DNA from: an uncultured Eubacterium sp.
GTDB lineage: Bacteria > Bacillota > Clostridia > Lachnospirales > Lachnospiraceae
NCBI GenBank assembly: GCA_910579075.1
Contig: CAJTSV010000001.1
Coordinates: forward strand, 11,304 to 75,303
Length of the DNA: 64,000 bases
Reading direction: 5' to 3'
The translations under genes and the position numbers were made by a program. The notes beneath the pieces are model-generated. The model searched no databases. It had not been told where the DNA came from and was given only the letters and a program-made list of their open reading frames with translations. Shown piece after piece: positions 63,706 to 64,000 of this stretch (positions are counted from its first letter, which is position 1; every line of letters starts with the position of its first letter).

Positions 63706-64000
63706 TTAGAACATCCTCCAATTCCTTTTTTAATATTTTCCGGGCCCGGTGTAATCTGCTCAGTACGGTTCCTGCCGGTATTCTGACCGCTTTGGCAATC
63801 TGGGCTGCCGGCAGGTCTTCCATATAAAACAGAAGCACTACAATCTTCAGCTTGTCCGGCAGCCTGTTTACCGCCATTCGGACAGCTTCGGCATTCTCTC
63901 TGCCTACAATTCTTTCTTCCGGTGAAAACTCCGTGCATTCCATGCCTGCTTCCTGTATGTCTGCTGCCGGCTGCACATCTGCAATCCGTTTGCGCCATGC
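63698..64000 (-). CDS. ECF-type sigma-70 family factor (3' part; the 5' end lies outside the window)
   Basis: Region 4: LPDKLKIVVLLFYMEDLPAAQIAKAVRIPAGTVLSRLHRARKIL. The frame stays open to position 64000. Confidence 0.8.
   Translation of the reverse strand, partial: AWRKRIADVQPAADIQEAGMECTEFSPEERIVGRENAEAVRMAVNRLPDKLKIVVLLFYMEDLPAAQIAKAVRIPAGTVLSRLHRARKILKKELEDVLNG

Noticed and set aside
1-64000. CRISPR arrays, rRNA, tRNA, IS elements with terminal inverted repeats, prophage blocks, known defence systems
   Set aside because: I saw no regularly spaced direct repeats, no rRNA- or tRNA-like conserved segments, and no transposase, integrase or phage structural genes. The only mobility-type gene is the small serine recombinase. 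The PglZ-like resemblance of the AP-superfamily domain is not accompanied by any other BREX component.

Overview
Low-GC Firmicute chromosome segment. The flagellin N-terminus looks Lachnospiraceae-like; that is a judgement from memory, not a search. Nearly all genes are on the minus strand. I saw no rRNA, tRNA or CRISPR array.

(1) 1-33.1 kb: a large flagellin glycosylation island.
- It holds a complete CMP-pseudaminic acid pathway: pseB, pseC, a pseH-like GNAT, pseG, pseI and pseF.
- It also holds a Pse-associated methylase, a formyltransferase, a Maf-type transferase and the flagellin gene itself, which has a sigma-28 promoter and a CsrA-type leader.
- A second amino-sugar tailoring block is present: DegT aminotransferase, WbqC, methyltransferase, GNAT and two beta-propeller paralogues.
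- A distal block carries an ATP-grasp ligase, a second PseG-like gene and a methyltransferase.
- Two ~2.5-2.7 kb tandem duplications encode big multidomain proteins. One pair combines TPR with an alkaline-phosphatase-superfamily domain. The other combines TPR, a degenerate GT-A-like region and a GT-B domain (FlmG-like).
- Five island genes are frame-disrupted by single-nucleotide-scale lesions. Three of these sit exactly at the only G/C homopolymers of 8-9 nt that I found in the window. I read these as candidate phase-variable contingency loci.

(2) 33.2-35.1 kb: an AT-rich, gene-poor junction. It carries a small serine recombinase next to a 14-bp inverted repeat that flanks a ~114-bp promoter-like segment.

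(3) 35.1-46.6 kb: classic late flagellar operons, flaG-fliD-fliS-fliT and flgM-flgN-flgK(x2)-flgL-fliW-csrA.

(4) 46.9-64 kb: higher-GC flank.
- A higB toxin paired with an antitoxin in which the HigA domain is fused to an ImmA domain.
- A Bce-like response regulator, truncated kinase and ABC module.
- hicAB.
- A decaying cellobiose-type PTS / glycosylasparaginase / dipeptidase / cutC / mupG-like locus. It has a LicR-like regulator and two copies of a palindromic operator at identical spacing from a -10 box.
- An ECF sigma factor with an anti-sigma factor fused to an NlpC/P60 domain.
- A small family of ~65-90 bp palindromic intergenic repeats.
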